Below are positions 49,416 through 60,950 of a stretch of DNA of 64,000 nucleotides, piece after piece (position 1 is the first letter of the stretch; the number at the start of each line of letters is the position of its first letter). The stretch is from Squalus acanthias (lineage: Eukaryota), in the NCBI GenBank assembly GCA_030390025.1, contig CM059432.1:150848001-150912000 (forward strand), written 5' to 3'. Under the pieces are notes generated by a model. It did no database searches. It worked only from the letters and a program-made list of their open reading frames with translations, and was not told the DNA's origin. The position numbers and the translations under genes were made by a program.

Positions 49416-51534
49416 ATGTATCTACATTAACTATTGCTGGTCAATTGCTCACATGCCAACAACAAATGTCAAATATATTTTGAATGTGTCAGCAATTCAA
49501 AGCTTTAAAGGTCAATCTCTTAGGTGTAAAACATTGAAAGGGACTCTGCCAAAGGAGCTGACTCATGGGTGCCCTCAACAGCTGGACAAGTAAACTCACC
49601 AGCACCGCTGGAAGGTTTCTTGATGGGTTAAAGGCATTTTCAACCTCTAGAAGTTAATTAACCACATCATATACAAAAGTTATTCCTTCGACTGTGAGAA
49701 TTGCAGTGATTATGATGGGACAGCTGGAGCTGAGCACTGCTTCAGACACTGAGAGGTCTTTTCTGTCAGGTACAAGTATCAATACATTTCGATCAGCTTG
49801 AATCATCCCACTGTGGCTTCAGCTCACCTCAATGTTCCATTATACTGTACCGATTTTGTGGTAATGTATACCAAAGGCAGCGATGTGTCAGCTGCACTCT
49901 TCAAGAATGACTGTCACCCACAGCTGTAAGTTGAGAGGTTATTCCTTTTGATATTATCAGCTACATTTTGTTTAAAGTCTCAGTGTATTTTGGCGTCTCA
50001 CCTTTTGGTGACAGTTATGAGTCTAATGAAAAAAAACAATCCTTAAAATAAAACTAGAAGGCAGCGTGCTAGATTTATTTATTTATACAGCGGATGACAT
50101 AACCGCTGGGTGTGGCCAGAGACAACTGTGACAAAGGCAGATGTCTCACGGGCTTGGTCTCTGGTGACTGCTCGGAGCACACAGAGATGTAAATAAATAT
50201 TGTAGGGAGGTCATATACTTCCCATATACTAATATATACTCCAGCCACACTAATATAGCAAGTAGTGATTAAATCTGCATTTGAGCTTCTGCATACAAGG
50301 GTTCCATGTGACAATCCTGGTAGAGGGCCCACCAAATAGGAGAACAGTGAGAAGCTTTGCTGATGGTGTCCCATGTAGACTTTTTGGATTGATACACAAT
50401 CGTGAGATACACTTGCAACAGCTCTTGTGTCCCTGGTATATAGATAAGTACCAGAATCTCTTATGATGCTGTTGTGGTCATAGAGTGCTTATAAGTGGCT
50501 GCATCTGTCTGGTTTTGTAGAGTGTAGACTGGCATGACGTAGGCATCATCATAGTCTGTGGGACTCTCAATTGTACTACAGTCAGGAATGGGTTTTCTCC
50601 AACGGCCCTATCAACACAGTTACAACATTCCATCCCAGGGCAGATATGTTGTTAGAGAACAATAAAGTTGGCAATCGTGCTGAGTTTTCTTGAAGATTCT
50701 GACTCTTCCACCAGTTTTCCCAGCCATCATCACCAGTTTCTTGGCCCAATGGTGATCATACTCATGCTTTACATCCTGGGCCTGAGAACATAGAGGTGGT
50801 GGGCCGGGGTGAAGCTAGAGGCCTCCCCACTTGTTATACTTCCTCCATTCACCCATACACGTCAATAAATTCTAGTAGAACATTATGGAGAGAGCCATTA
50901 TGATAATTGATATAAATTTATTCGATGCTCTTCCTTTTCCTTAATAAAACCACAAGAGATGTCCATTTGCTCTGGTTTTCTTTATTTGAATCATCTGTTA
51001 AAACTTCAGCATCTCATTCCAAACTCAGTGCGGTCAACCTTCCTCCTCTTTGCCCCAGGGAAGGCTCCGTTCCCAGGAGCAAAGCAGAGAAAAAAGGGAG
51101 TCAGGTCTCCAGGCCTTGTGTTGCCATGGTATTTCCATGGTTTAGGTTGAGCGGGACAAGTGAGACGGGAATGATGTAATGGTGCTTCCCACCTCGGTTT
51201 CCTTCCCTCATAGCAGGTGGAAAGTGATTTGGAAGGGCATCCGCAAGAAGTAGGAATTAGGCCCCGTGCCCAGCTTGATCAGATCGGATGATTTGAGGGG
51301 GGCAAGCAGCAAGAAGATGAAGCCTGGAGGAAGGTAAGCACCATTTTTTCAGCTACTTTGTGAAGATTTTCAGGGCTAGAGGCCTGCTGTTTTCGGACAC
51401 AATTGTTGGCAGGCATTACCACTACTACAGGCCTGAGAGGCCTGCCACAACAATTAAATTTCTGCCCCCCGCAATTCTAGGAGCAGACCCCTATCAAGGG
51501 GGAACATAGGAACCAGGGGGATGCCCATCCCATT

Positions 51535-51915
51535 CATACGAACATACGAATTAGGAGCCGGAGTAGGCCACTCGGCCCCTCGAGCCTGCTCCGCCATTCA
51601 ATAAGATCATGGCTGATCTGATTACTCCACATTCCCGCCTACCCCCGATAACCTTTCACCCCCTTGCTTCTCAAGAATCTATCTACCTCTGCCTTAAAAA
51701 TATTCAAAGACTCTGCTTCCACCGCCCTCTGAAGAAAAGAGTTCCAAAGACTCGCGACCCTCTGTGAGAAAAAATTTCAACTCATCTCTGTCTTAAATGG
51801 GCGACCCCTTATTTGTAAACAGTGACCCCTAGTTCTAGATTCTCCCACAAGAGGAAACATCCTCTCCACATCCACTCTGTCAAGACCCCTCAGGATCTTA
51901 TATGTTTCAATCAAA
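51535..51915 (-). mobile_element. CR1 3'-end fragment
   Basis: Tail (CATACGAA)n and IETYKIL..MFPLVGESRTRGH on the minus strand. Confidence 0.85.
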
Positions 51916-52307
51916 TGATCTAAACCCAGGAATACGATACTTTTGGTACATTTCACCTGGCTGGCACCCAGGTGAAGTAAAGCTGCGGAGGGGGGAGGTG
52001 TGGGGGCGGGGGCGGGGAGGGAGCTGTGAAAGTGAAAGCAGCATCACTTTGTCGAAGAGGATATAATAAGCCAGCTGTCTTTCCATGGCTCCTGGACGAC
52101 CTGCTATTCAGGGATGAACATTTTTTTTTGAACAGGCTCTTGAAGCACCTGTAACGTCAGGTGGTGACTGTAATTGCATTCATTGCCTGCAGCGGTGCAG
52201 TCATGCATGACTACCGAACAGTTCTTTATTTAAATCATCTCCGTTAAAATTCCAAGGCAACACCACATCTGTACCTCCAAGCCACCCTACTCGATGTGTC
52301 CTTAAGT

Positions 52308-53247
52308 CTTCTTCTTCTTCTTAGGCAGTCCCTCGGGACCGAGGATGACTTGCTTCCACATTAAAAATGAGTTCTCAGGTGACTGATGAGCCCAATGTGG
52401 GACCTACAGTCTCTGTCACAGGTGGGGCAGACGGTGGTTGAAGGGGCGGGTGGGTGGGGTGCTTGGGTTGACTTGCGCTGCTTGCGCTTGGCTTCCGCTT
52501 GCTCCCAGCGAAGAGACTCGAGGTGTTCGGCGCCTTCCCGGATGCTTCTCCTCCACTTTGTACGGTCTTGGGCCAGGGATTCCCAGGTGTCAGTGGGGAT
52601 GTTGCACTATTTCAAGGAGGCTTTGAGGGTGTCCTTGAAGCGTTTCCTCTGGCCACCTGGGGCTCTCTTGCCGTGTCGGAGCTCCGAGTAGAGCGCTTGT
52701 TTTGGGAGTCTCGTATCGGGCATGCGGACAATGTGGCCCATCCATCGGAGCTGATCGAGCGTGGTCAAAGCTTCGATGCTGGGGATGTTGGCCTGAGCGA
52801 GAACACTGACGTTGGTGCACCTATCCTGCAATGCTCTATCTCACCCTCAGTAAGCTCCCCACTGGAGTGGAGCCAATCTACAGAACAAACGGGAAACTGT
52901 TCAACCTCCGTCGCCTCCAGTCCAGATCCAAGGTCGTCCCATCCTCTGTCATCGAATTACAGTATGCAGATGACACTTGCGTCTGCGCTCACTCTGAGGT
53001 CGAACTCCAAACCATCGTCAACACCTTCACTGAAGTGTATGAGAGCATGGGCCTTACACTAAACATCCGTAAGGCAAAGGTCCTCTACCAACCTGCCCCC
53101 GCCACAGTACTGCCCCCCGATTATCAAAATCCACGACAAGGCCTTGGATAACGTGGACCACTTTCCACTACTGTCAACAAGGGCAGACGTCGATGACGAA
53201 GTCCAACACCGCCTTCAGTGTGGTACCCCTGCTCCATCTCACCCTCA
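52308..53247 (-). mobile_element. RTE LINE with inverted 5' segment
   Basis: 52308-52830 minus (3' end, (AAG)n tail), 52831-53222 plus (LQYADD region); TSD GTCCTTAAGT at 52298-52307 and 53248-53257. Confidence 0.9.
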
Positions 53248-53967
53248 GTCCTTAAGTAAGCAGGTCCAAGCAGCAACTTCATCAATTCCAGTGATGCCTG
53301 CATTGCAGATCCATCTTCTGACACAACTCAAAGAGGAAATGGGCCACCTCCATTCCTAGTGGCGCACGCTAATATCCAGCAGCCATCCACCTTACTTCCT
53401 CCTGCCACTGTGGGATTATTTAGAAGGAGCCTTTAGTTAGGATGTAGAACATACACTGTTACTCAGGGGAAGCACTGGGTAAAATACAATGTACACACTT
53501 GTACCATATCCTTTTAGGTTTAATAAAACATCGACTGATAGACTGACCCACTAATGTGTCTTGCCAGTTCTCTTGGTTTGAGATGCATGAAGGTTGTTCA
53601 CTGGATTGGACAGGCTTGGCCCAGTAAAGGGAATTTGCATTTGTGGAGATGATTGTTGTGCTTTGGATATGTAAGGCATTGAACTAAAAGACTGTTCTAA
53701 TAAACCCTGCCTGATAACTCTCTGACTGAGCTGATTGTTGTGCAGCCAATTCCACTGAGTCATGCCAGCCTAGAATTCTTCCTCAACGTGTTGCCCCTTC
53801 TCTTCTCCTATCTGCTCCATGGTTAGGCCTGCAGGACACAAAAGTACAATAATCTTGGAGACTTTGCCTGATGTGCAATGTCACAACCTCTCTGATCTGC
53901 CCAAACATTGAAACTGCTGCTTGAGGACCCTGATGGAAGCATGGACCGCATACACCTCTCCTCAAGT

Positions 53968-54362
53968 TACATAAGAACATAAGAAATAGGAGCAGGAGTC
54001 GGCCATTTGGCCCCTCGAGCCTGCTCCGCCATTCAATGAGATCATGGCTGATCTGATCGTGTCCTCAACTCCATTTCCCTGCCCGCTCCCCATAACCCAT
54101 CACTCCCTTATTGTTCAAAAATCTGTCCATCTCCACCTTAAGTATTTTCAATAACCCAGCTTCCACAGCTCTCTGGGGCAGAGAATTCCACAGATTTACG
54201 ACCCTCTGAGAGAAGAAATTCCTCCTCATCTCAGTTTTAAATGGGCGACCCCTTATTCTGAAACTATGCCCCCTAGTTCTAGATTCCCCCATGAGGGGAA
54301 ACATCCTCTCTGCATCTACCTTGTCGAGCCCCCTCAGTATCTTATATGTTTCAATAGGATCA
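53968..54362 (-). mobile_element. CR1 3'-end fragment
   Basis: ORF 54065..54397 IETYKILRG..FFSQRVVNLWNSLP; tail. Confidence 0.88.
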
Positions 54363-54374
54363 CCTATTGGTTGG

Positions 54375-57300
54375 TTGGTTTTTGTGACTGGAAGCATGTG
54401 TCCAGTGGTGTACCGCAGGGATTGGTGCTGGGTCCTTTGCTGTTTGTAGTGTACATTAATGATTTAGATATGAATGTAGGAGGTATGATCAGTAAGTTCG
54501 CAGATGACACGAAAATTGGTGGAGTGGTAAATAGCGAGGAGGGAAGCCTCAGGCTACAGGACGATATAGATGGGTTGGTTAGATGGGCAGAACAGTGGCA
54601 AATGGAATTTAACAAGGACATATAAGGTAGCCAAACTTAGTGGGAGGATAGAAGATTGGGAAGTCTTCAAAAGACAGCAAAAAGTAACTAAAGGATTGAT
54701 TAAGAAAGGGAAGATAGATTATGAAAATAAATTAGCAAAAAATATAAAAACAGATAGCAAGAGTTTCTATAGTTATATAAAAAGAAAAAGGGTGGCTAAG
54801 GCAAACGTTGGTTCCTTAGAGGATGAGACCGGGAAATTAATGGTGGGAAACATGGAGATGGCAAAAATGCTGAACAAATATTTTGTTTCAGTCTTTACGG
54901 TAGAGGACACTAAGAATATCCCAACACTGGACAAACAGGGGGCTCTAGGGGGGGAGGAGCTAAATACGATTAAAATCACTAAGGAATTGGTACTCAGTAA
55001 AATAATGGGACTCAAGGCAGATAAATCCCCTGGACCTGATGGCTTACATCCTAGGGTCTTGAGGGAAGTGGCAGTAGGGATTGTGGATGCTTTGGTAATA
55101 ATTTTCCAAAATTCCCTGGACTCGGCAAAGGTCCCGGCAGATTGGAAAACTGCTAATGTAAAACCCTTATTTAAAAAGGGTAGTAGGCAGAAGGCTGGAA
55201 ATTATAGACCAGTTAGCCTAACATCTGTGGTGGGTAAAATTTTGGAGTCTATTATTAAGGAGACAGTAACGGAACATTTAGATAAACATAATTTAATAGG
55301 ACAAAGTCAGCATGGCTTTATGAAGGGGAAGTCATGTCTGACAAATTTGCTTGAGTTCTTTGAGGACATAACGTACAGGGTGGATCAAGGGGAACCAGTG
55401 GACGTAGTGTATTTAGACTTCCAGAAGGCATTCGACAAGGTGCCACATAAAAGATTATTGCTCAAGATAAAAAATCACTGGATTGGGGGTAATATTCTGG
55501 CATGGGTGGAGGATTGGTTATCTAACAGGAAGCAGAGAGTTGGGATAAATGGTTAATTCTCGGACTGGCAACCAGTAGCCAGTGGTGTTCCGCAGGGGTC
55601 GGTGCTGGGTCCCCAACTCTTTACAATCTATATTAACGATTTGGAGGAGGGGACCGAGTGTAACATATCAAAGTTTGCAGATGATACAAAGATGGGAGGG
55701 AAAGTAGAAAGTGAGGAGGACATAAAAAACCTACAAGGGGATATAGACAGGCTGGGTGAGTGGGCGGAGATTTGGCAGATGCAATACAATATTGGAAAAT
55801 GTGAGGTTATGCACTTTGGCAGGAAAAATCAGAGAGCAAGTTATTATCTTAATGGCGAGAAACTGGAAAGTACTGCAGTACAAAGGGATCTGGGGGTCCT
55901 AGTGCAAGAAAATCAAAAAGTTAGTATGCAGGTGCAGCAGGTGATCAAGAAGGCCAACGGAATGTTGGCTTTTATTGCTAGGGGGATAGATTATAAAAAC
56001 AGGGAGGTATTGCTGCAGTTATATAAGGTATTGGTGAGACCGCACCTGGAATACTGCATACAGTTTTGGTGTCCATACTTAAGAAAAGACATACTTACTC
56101 TCGAGGCAGTACAAAGAAGGTTCACTCGGTTAATCCCGGGGATGAGGGGGTGGACATATGAGGAGAGGTTGAGTAGATTGGGACTCTACTCATTGGAGTT
56201 CAGAAGAATGAGAGGCGATCTTATTGAAACATATAAGATTGTGAAGGGGCTTGATCGGGTGGATGCGGTAAGGATGTTCCCAAGGATGGGTGAAACTAGA
56301 ACTAGGGGGCATAATCTTAGAATAAGGGGCTGCTCTTTCAAAACTGAGATGAGGAGAAACTTCTTCACTCAGAGGGTAGTAGGTCTGTGGAATTTGCTGC
56401 CCCAGGAAGCTGTGGAAGCTACATCATTAAATAAATTTAAAATAGAAATAGACAGTTTCCTAGAAGTAAAGGGAATTAGGGGTTATGGGGAGCGGGCAGG
56501 AAATTGGACATGAGGCTGAGTTCGGATCGGATAAGGCCCTGTGGGTGGCGGAGCGGGCCCAGGGGCTGAGTGGCCTGGTCCTGCTCCTACTTCTTGTGTT
56601 CTTTAGATTTGAGGTTAGGATCAGATCAGCCATGATCTTATTGAATGGCGGAGCAGGCTCGAGGGGCCGATTGGCCTACTCCTGCTCCTATTTCTTATGT
56701 TCTTATGTAACCCTGAAAAGTGTGAGGTGATGCATTTTGGGAGGACTAACAAGGCAAGGGAATACACAATGAATGGCAGGACCCTAGGAAGGACAGAGAA
56801 TCAGAGGGACCTTGGTGTGCATGTACATAAATCCCTGAAGGCAGCAGGACAGGGAGATAAGGTGGTTAAAAAGGCATATGGGATACTTGCCTTTATTAGC
56901 CGAGGCATAGAATATAAGAGTAGGGAGGTTATGATGGAGCTGTACAAAACGCTAGTTAGGCCACAGCTGGAATACTGTGTGCATTTCTGGTTGCCACTCT
57001 ATAGGAAGGATGTAATTGCATTGGAGAGGGTGCAGAGGAGATTCACCAGGATGTTACCTGGGCTGGAGCGCTTCAGCTATGAAGAGAGACTGGACAGGCT
57101 GGGGTTGTTTTCCTTAGAGCAGAGAAGGCTGAGGGGGGACCTGATTGAGGTGTACAAAATTATGAGGGGCATAGATAGGGTAGATAGAAAGGAACTTTTC
57201 CCCTTAGTAGAGGGGTCAATAACCAGGGGGCATAGTTTCAAGGTAAGGGGCAGGAGGTTTAGAGGGGATTTGAGGAAAAACTTTTTCACCCAAGAGGGTG

Positions 57301-57507
57301 GTTGGAATCTGGAACCCACTGCCTGAAAGGGTGGTAGAGGCAGGAACCCTCACAACATTCAAGAAGCATTTAGATGAGCACTTGAAACACCATAGCATAC
57401 AAGGCTACGGACCAAGTGCTGGAAAATGGGATTAGAATAGACAGGGCTTGATGGCCGGCGCAGACACGATGGGCCGAAGGGCCTCTTTCTGTGCTGTATA
57501 ACTCTAT
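54375..57507 (+). mobile_element. 5'-truncated CR1 LINE (outer), interrupted at WQMEFN/PEKCEV
   Basis: GVPQGLVLGP, KFADD, then resumes at 56708; tail resumes at 58380 after a MITE. Confidence 0.9.
54614..56707 (+). mobile_element. Young 5'-truncated CR1 LINE nested in the outer CR1
   Basis: RT frame open except one stop at 55554-55556; TAAC duplicated at 54610-54613 and 56708-56711; (TTCTTATG)n tail. Confidence 0.92.
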
Positions 57508-58379
57508 GGGGGAGAAATTCAGTATCGCCCCATTTGGGGCGCAATTATCAGCCGGGTGCAAAGATTAGCGCCCGACGCTAATTATCGCCACCGACTGCAA
57601 ACTTGACTTTTATCGCCCCTGGTAGTGATTGGAGCGCTAAATCAGGCGCTTCACACCTGTCTTAAGGCGCAAAGGCCGAGGAGCGAGGCGCTAACTCAGA
57701 GCGCTGGCGAAGCTCATGTGATGTCAGTCAGCAATGGAACACACACACAATGGCGCGGGCCAGTTCTTAAAGGGGATGGTTAATCTTGCTTTTGATCCAC
57801 ATCCTGCTCATTGCAGCCTTGAATCTCGGCCTGGAGAGACTTGCACATCAAATCTGCTGGAAAGAACAGTGGAGAGTACCAGGCAAAGAGCTCAGAGTGC
57901 AGCCCCCACAGTCTCTTCTAAATCGATACAAGGAATGGCAAATAAAAATGAACCTGCAAAGTGCCCAAAACTCCTTTACACAACGTTGAATCTCTCCAGA
58001 AGTCTCTCCCTCTCTCTCTCAGAATGCGTGGTTCAAAAATGGCACCAACAATAAAAGGCAGGAAGCGGTCACCTTTAAATAGCGCTCCCCCAGTCCCTTC
58101 ATGACTGCAAAACGCTCCCCTCAACCTGTCGTTGCTAGCGTCAGGCGGTAAGGCAGGGGGCGCCACTCAATTTCCGCTCCGGGGCGTTGCGCACTCGACT
58201 GACGTCACGGTCTACCGGCGCAGGAGATCTTGGCAGTAGTGTTTAGCGCCACCGCAAAATGTCTAGTTAATTTCGCGAGCGACGCAAACTTTGCTGCGCC
58301 TAGGCGCTAGATGCTTTGCGCCCCATTAGCGCCCTCTTAAGGCACTAACGGGAGGCGCAACCAACTGAATTTTTCCCCC
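57508..58379. mobile_element. Non-autonomous deletion derivative of the 26031-28999 Harbinger family (inverted)
   Basis: TIR GGGGGAGAAATTCAGT / ACTGAATTTTTCCCCC, TSD TAT; both arms align to the ends of 26031-28999. Confidence 0.9.
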
Positions 58380-58824
58380 TATGACTCTATGACACCTCTC
58401 ATTCTTCTAAACTCCAATGAGTATAGGCCCAACCTGGTCAACCTTTCCTCATAAGTTTTATCTTTGCGTGACAGAGTTGTGTCATGAGCCACGACTGCAG
58501 GCTATTCTTCCCCCAACAGCCATCTACGGAGTTTTCTTGGTGCTTCAAATGATGCTGGTGCCGTTGACTGCTGCAGGATAAAGGAATCATGGAAGTTGTC
58601 AGGGTTACAGCCATTGCCTGTATGGTCCTCTTCCTATGGTCGCAGTTGTAGTCCTTTCTATTCATAAATGGATTTGCTTTGGGGTTAAGGGGCACCTGCG
58701 GCCATTAGGCTGCAGTCAATTCTGCCCCGCTTTCTGAGGAATCCTGTCACATGGTGGAAGTGGAGGACTCATTCCTGCTGCCGATGGCTTTCCAAAGGAA
58801 AATTGATGACATTTCTGACACATT

Positions 58825-60035
58825 GGGGGTCGATATTAATCCCACCCGACAGGTGGGAGAGGATTGAGGGAGGGAGGGTTAAAAATTCACATTGTGAAAA
58901 CGCTATCCCAACTCGCCGTGCTCGTGCCTGCTGCCATTTTTACGGCGTTGGGTAGGGTGGTGTACGAGTGTCCCATCTTAGAGAGGCAGGACACTTCATT
59001 GGCCCAGAAATTAGGCTCCCTGGCTTCCCGTGGGTGCAAGGATCCCGCGCGCACCTACCTACTGCGCCTGCCGTTGACCTCTGGGCCCACGGGGACTTCA
59101 GCTCCTGGGCCTCCTGCAGCTGCCGGCGCGCAGTGCTTGTGTATCCCAGGGGCGTAGTTAGTGCGATGCGTCCCCTGGGATCACGTGGGCCATGGAGAGC
59201 CAATGGCAGCAGACCATCTTTCATTCATAGATTTGACAGACTTGTCAAATCTATGAATTGAAATCGGCCCCAAAACAACACCTAAACTTCAAATAATTTT
59301 TTAAAAAACCATCACATTTTTAAAATAACTATAAGTTAAATAAATTAACTACTTCAAACAAAAATTTAAATTTTTGAAAAAATTAAAATACTTTTTAACA
59401 GTGCTAAAAATAAACTTACCTTTCTTTAAAGTATCTAAAAAAGATAAACCTGTTGAAAAATTTTTTAAATTGTAATTAATTAACCACTTACCTTGTTAAA
59501 AACAGGTCTTGCGCCTTCTTTTTAAAAGCGCAGCTTCTTCAATACTTACCTTCCCGAAGAAACCTGAAAAAAAACCTAAGTTCGCTGCATGCGCGCAGCC
59601 TCTACCGCGCACGCGGTTCACCTCTCAACCCCTCCCTTCACGAGACCGGAAGTTCCGGTTTCCCGCGCATGCGCAGTGCATGCAGGAAACCGTCACTTCA
59701 GGAGGCCTTACGGGTGAGTACACAGCGCGTACTCACCCGGCAAGTGCCGAATTTTTGGCCCATTATAATATTTAAATCAGGCTCCCACAGAGCTCGGGAA
59801 ACCCGACAGCGAAATGGAGACGGGAGCAGAAGGTAAATTCTTTTTAGAGCACTCCTTGTGAGCCAGGAGGAGCAGGAGTCCTCCTCAGTCCCTCAAGCAA
59901 TCCTTTGGCTGATCGCGACCTCACCTCGCTGCCGCGATAAATTTGGCAAGACCTCCGCGTCCCCGGGTTTTCTGGAATTCCACCCCCGCTGCCGTGCTCC
60001 CCCCACTCCCTCCCTGCCTCCCCGTAAATATCGGA
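58825..60035. mobile_element. Non-autonomous repeat related to 18425-19132, interrupted by a MITE
   Basis: Shared blocks CTCGGGAAACCCG, GGTAA, GAGGAGCAGGAGT. Confidence 0.5.
59001..59761. mobile_element. MITE (Harbinger-like)
   Basis: TIR GGCCCAGAAATTAGGC / GCCGAATTTTTGGCCC; TSD ATT (58998-59000, 59762-59764). Confidence 0.8.
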
Positions 60036-60468
60036 ACCATTGATGAAATCAAAGTCAAATTGATGGAATCACTGCATCGCCCACCAGAAGCACACAGCAG
60101 GAGATTGCTCGCATGCTCCCCACAGTTTCCTGGTCCAAGTGACACCTCTAGAACAAACAGAAAGAAAGGAAAAATAGGAATTAATTGGTCATATTAGCTA
60201 CACTAATCCAGACAAGGAAGGAATGACTCATCTACCAGCTGATCTGTACTTTTCTACACCATGTCTGTCTGGCAGGGACAATGATGAGTGGACCCCAGTA
60301 ATTAGCAGACATCTGAATGCTGTCCTTACATAGCTTAATGGCTGTGGAGAAGGATTGGAATTTGAGGAGGTCTACGTGCAATATCTATTGTACCCTTTAC
60401 CTTGGGGAAGTTCTTTGTGGCTTGAAAACCAAAGTGAGTTCTGTGTCAAGACAACGGATCAGATGATC

Positions 60469-60569
60469 CAGTTCTGACGAAGGGTCATCGACCTGAAACG
60501 TTAACTCTGTTTCTCTCTCCACAGACGCTGCCTGACCTGCTGAGTATTTCCAGCATTTTCTGTTTTTCA
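60469..60569 (+). mobile_element. 101-bp solo Penelope terminal unit with intact hammerhead motif (60470-60506)
   Basis: 11-bp TSD ATCAGATGATC (60458-60468, 60570-60580); AGTT-CTGACGA-AGGGTCATCGACCT-GAAACGTT-AACT. Confidence 0.9.
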
Positions 60570-60779
60570 ATCAGATGATCTCCCACCCTAAGCAATGCAC
60601 TTGTTCCCTGGCTCGTACTATTGGAATTGATAGCCTGGACCACAATGTGCTTCAAACAGAGAAATGGAGAGCAACTGTCTCATTCACTGCTATTAGCAGA
60701 GCTATACGCACTGCAGATCAATCTTCTGAGTCATCCCTTGGCTTCTGAAGGAGAATAGGAACTGTTTGCAAGTTGAAAT

Positions 60780-60935
60780 TAGGAACAAAGGAACAGGAGT
60801 AGGCCATTCAACCCCTCAAGCCTGTTCCTCCAATCAGTTAGAGTATGGCGGATCTGTACCTCGACTCCATTTATCTGCCTTAGTTCCATATCCTTTAATA
60901 CCCTTTAATCATCTTAAACATCTCAATTAGATCAA
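60780..60935 (-). mobile_element. CR1 3' tail fragment
   Basis: AGGAACAGGAGTAGGCCATTCA... as at 40338. Confidence 0.7.
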
Positions 60936-60950
60936 CATCTATATTTACAA

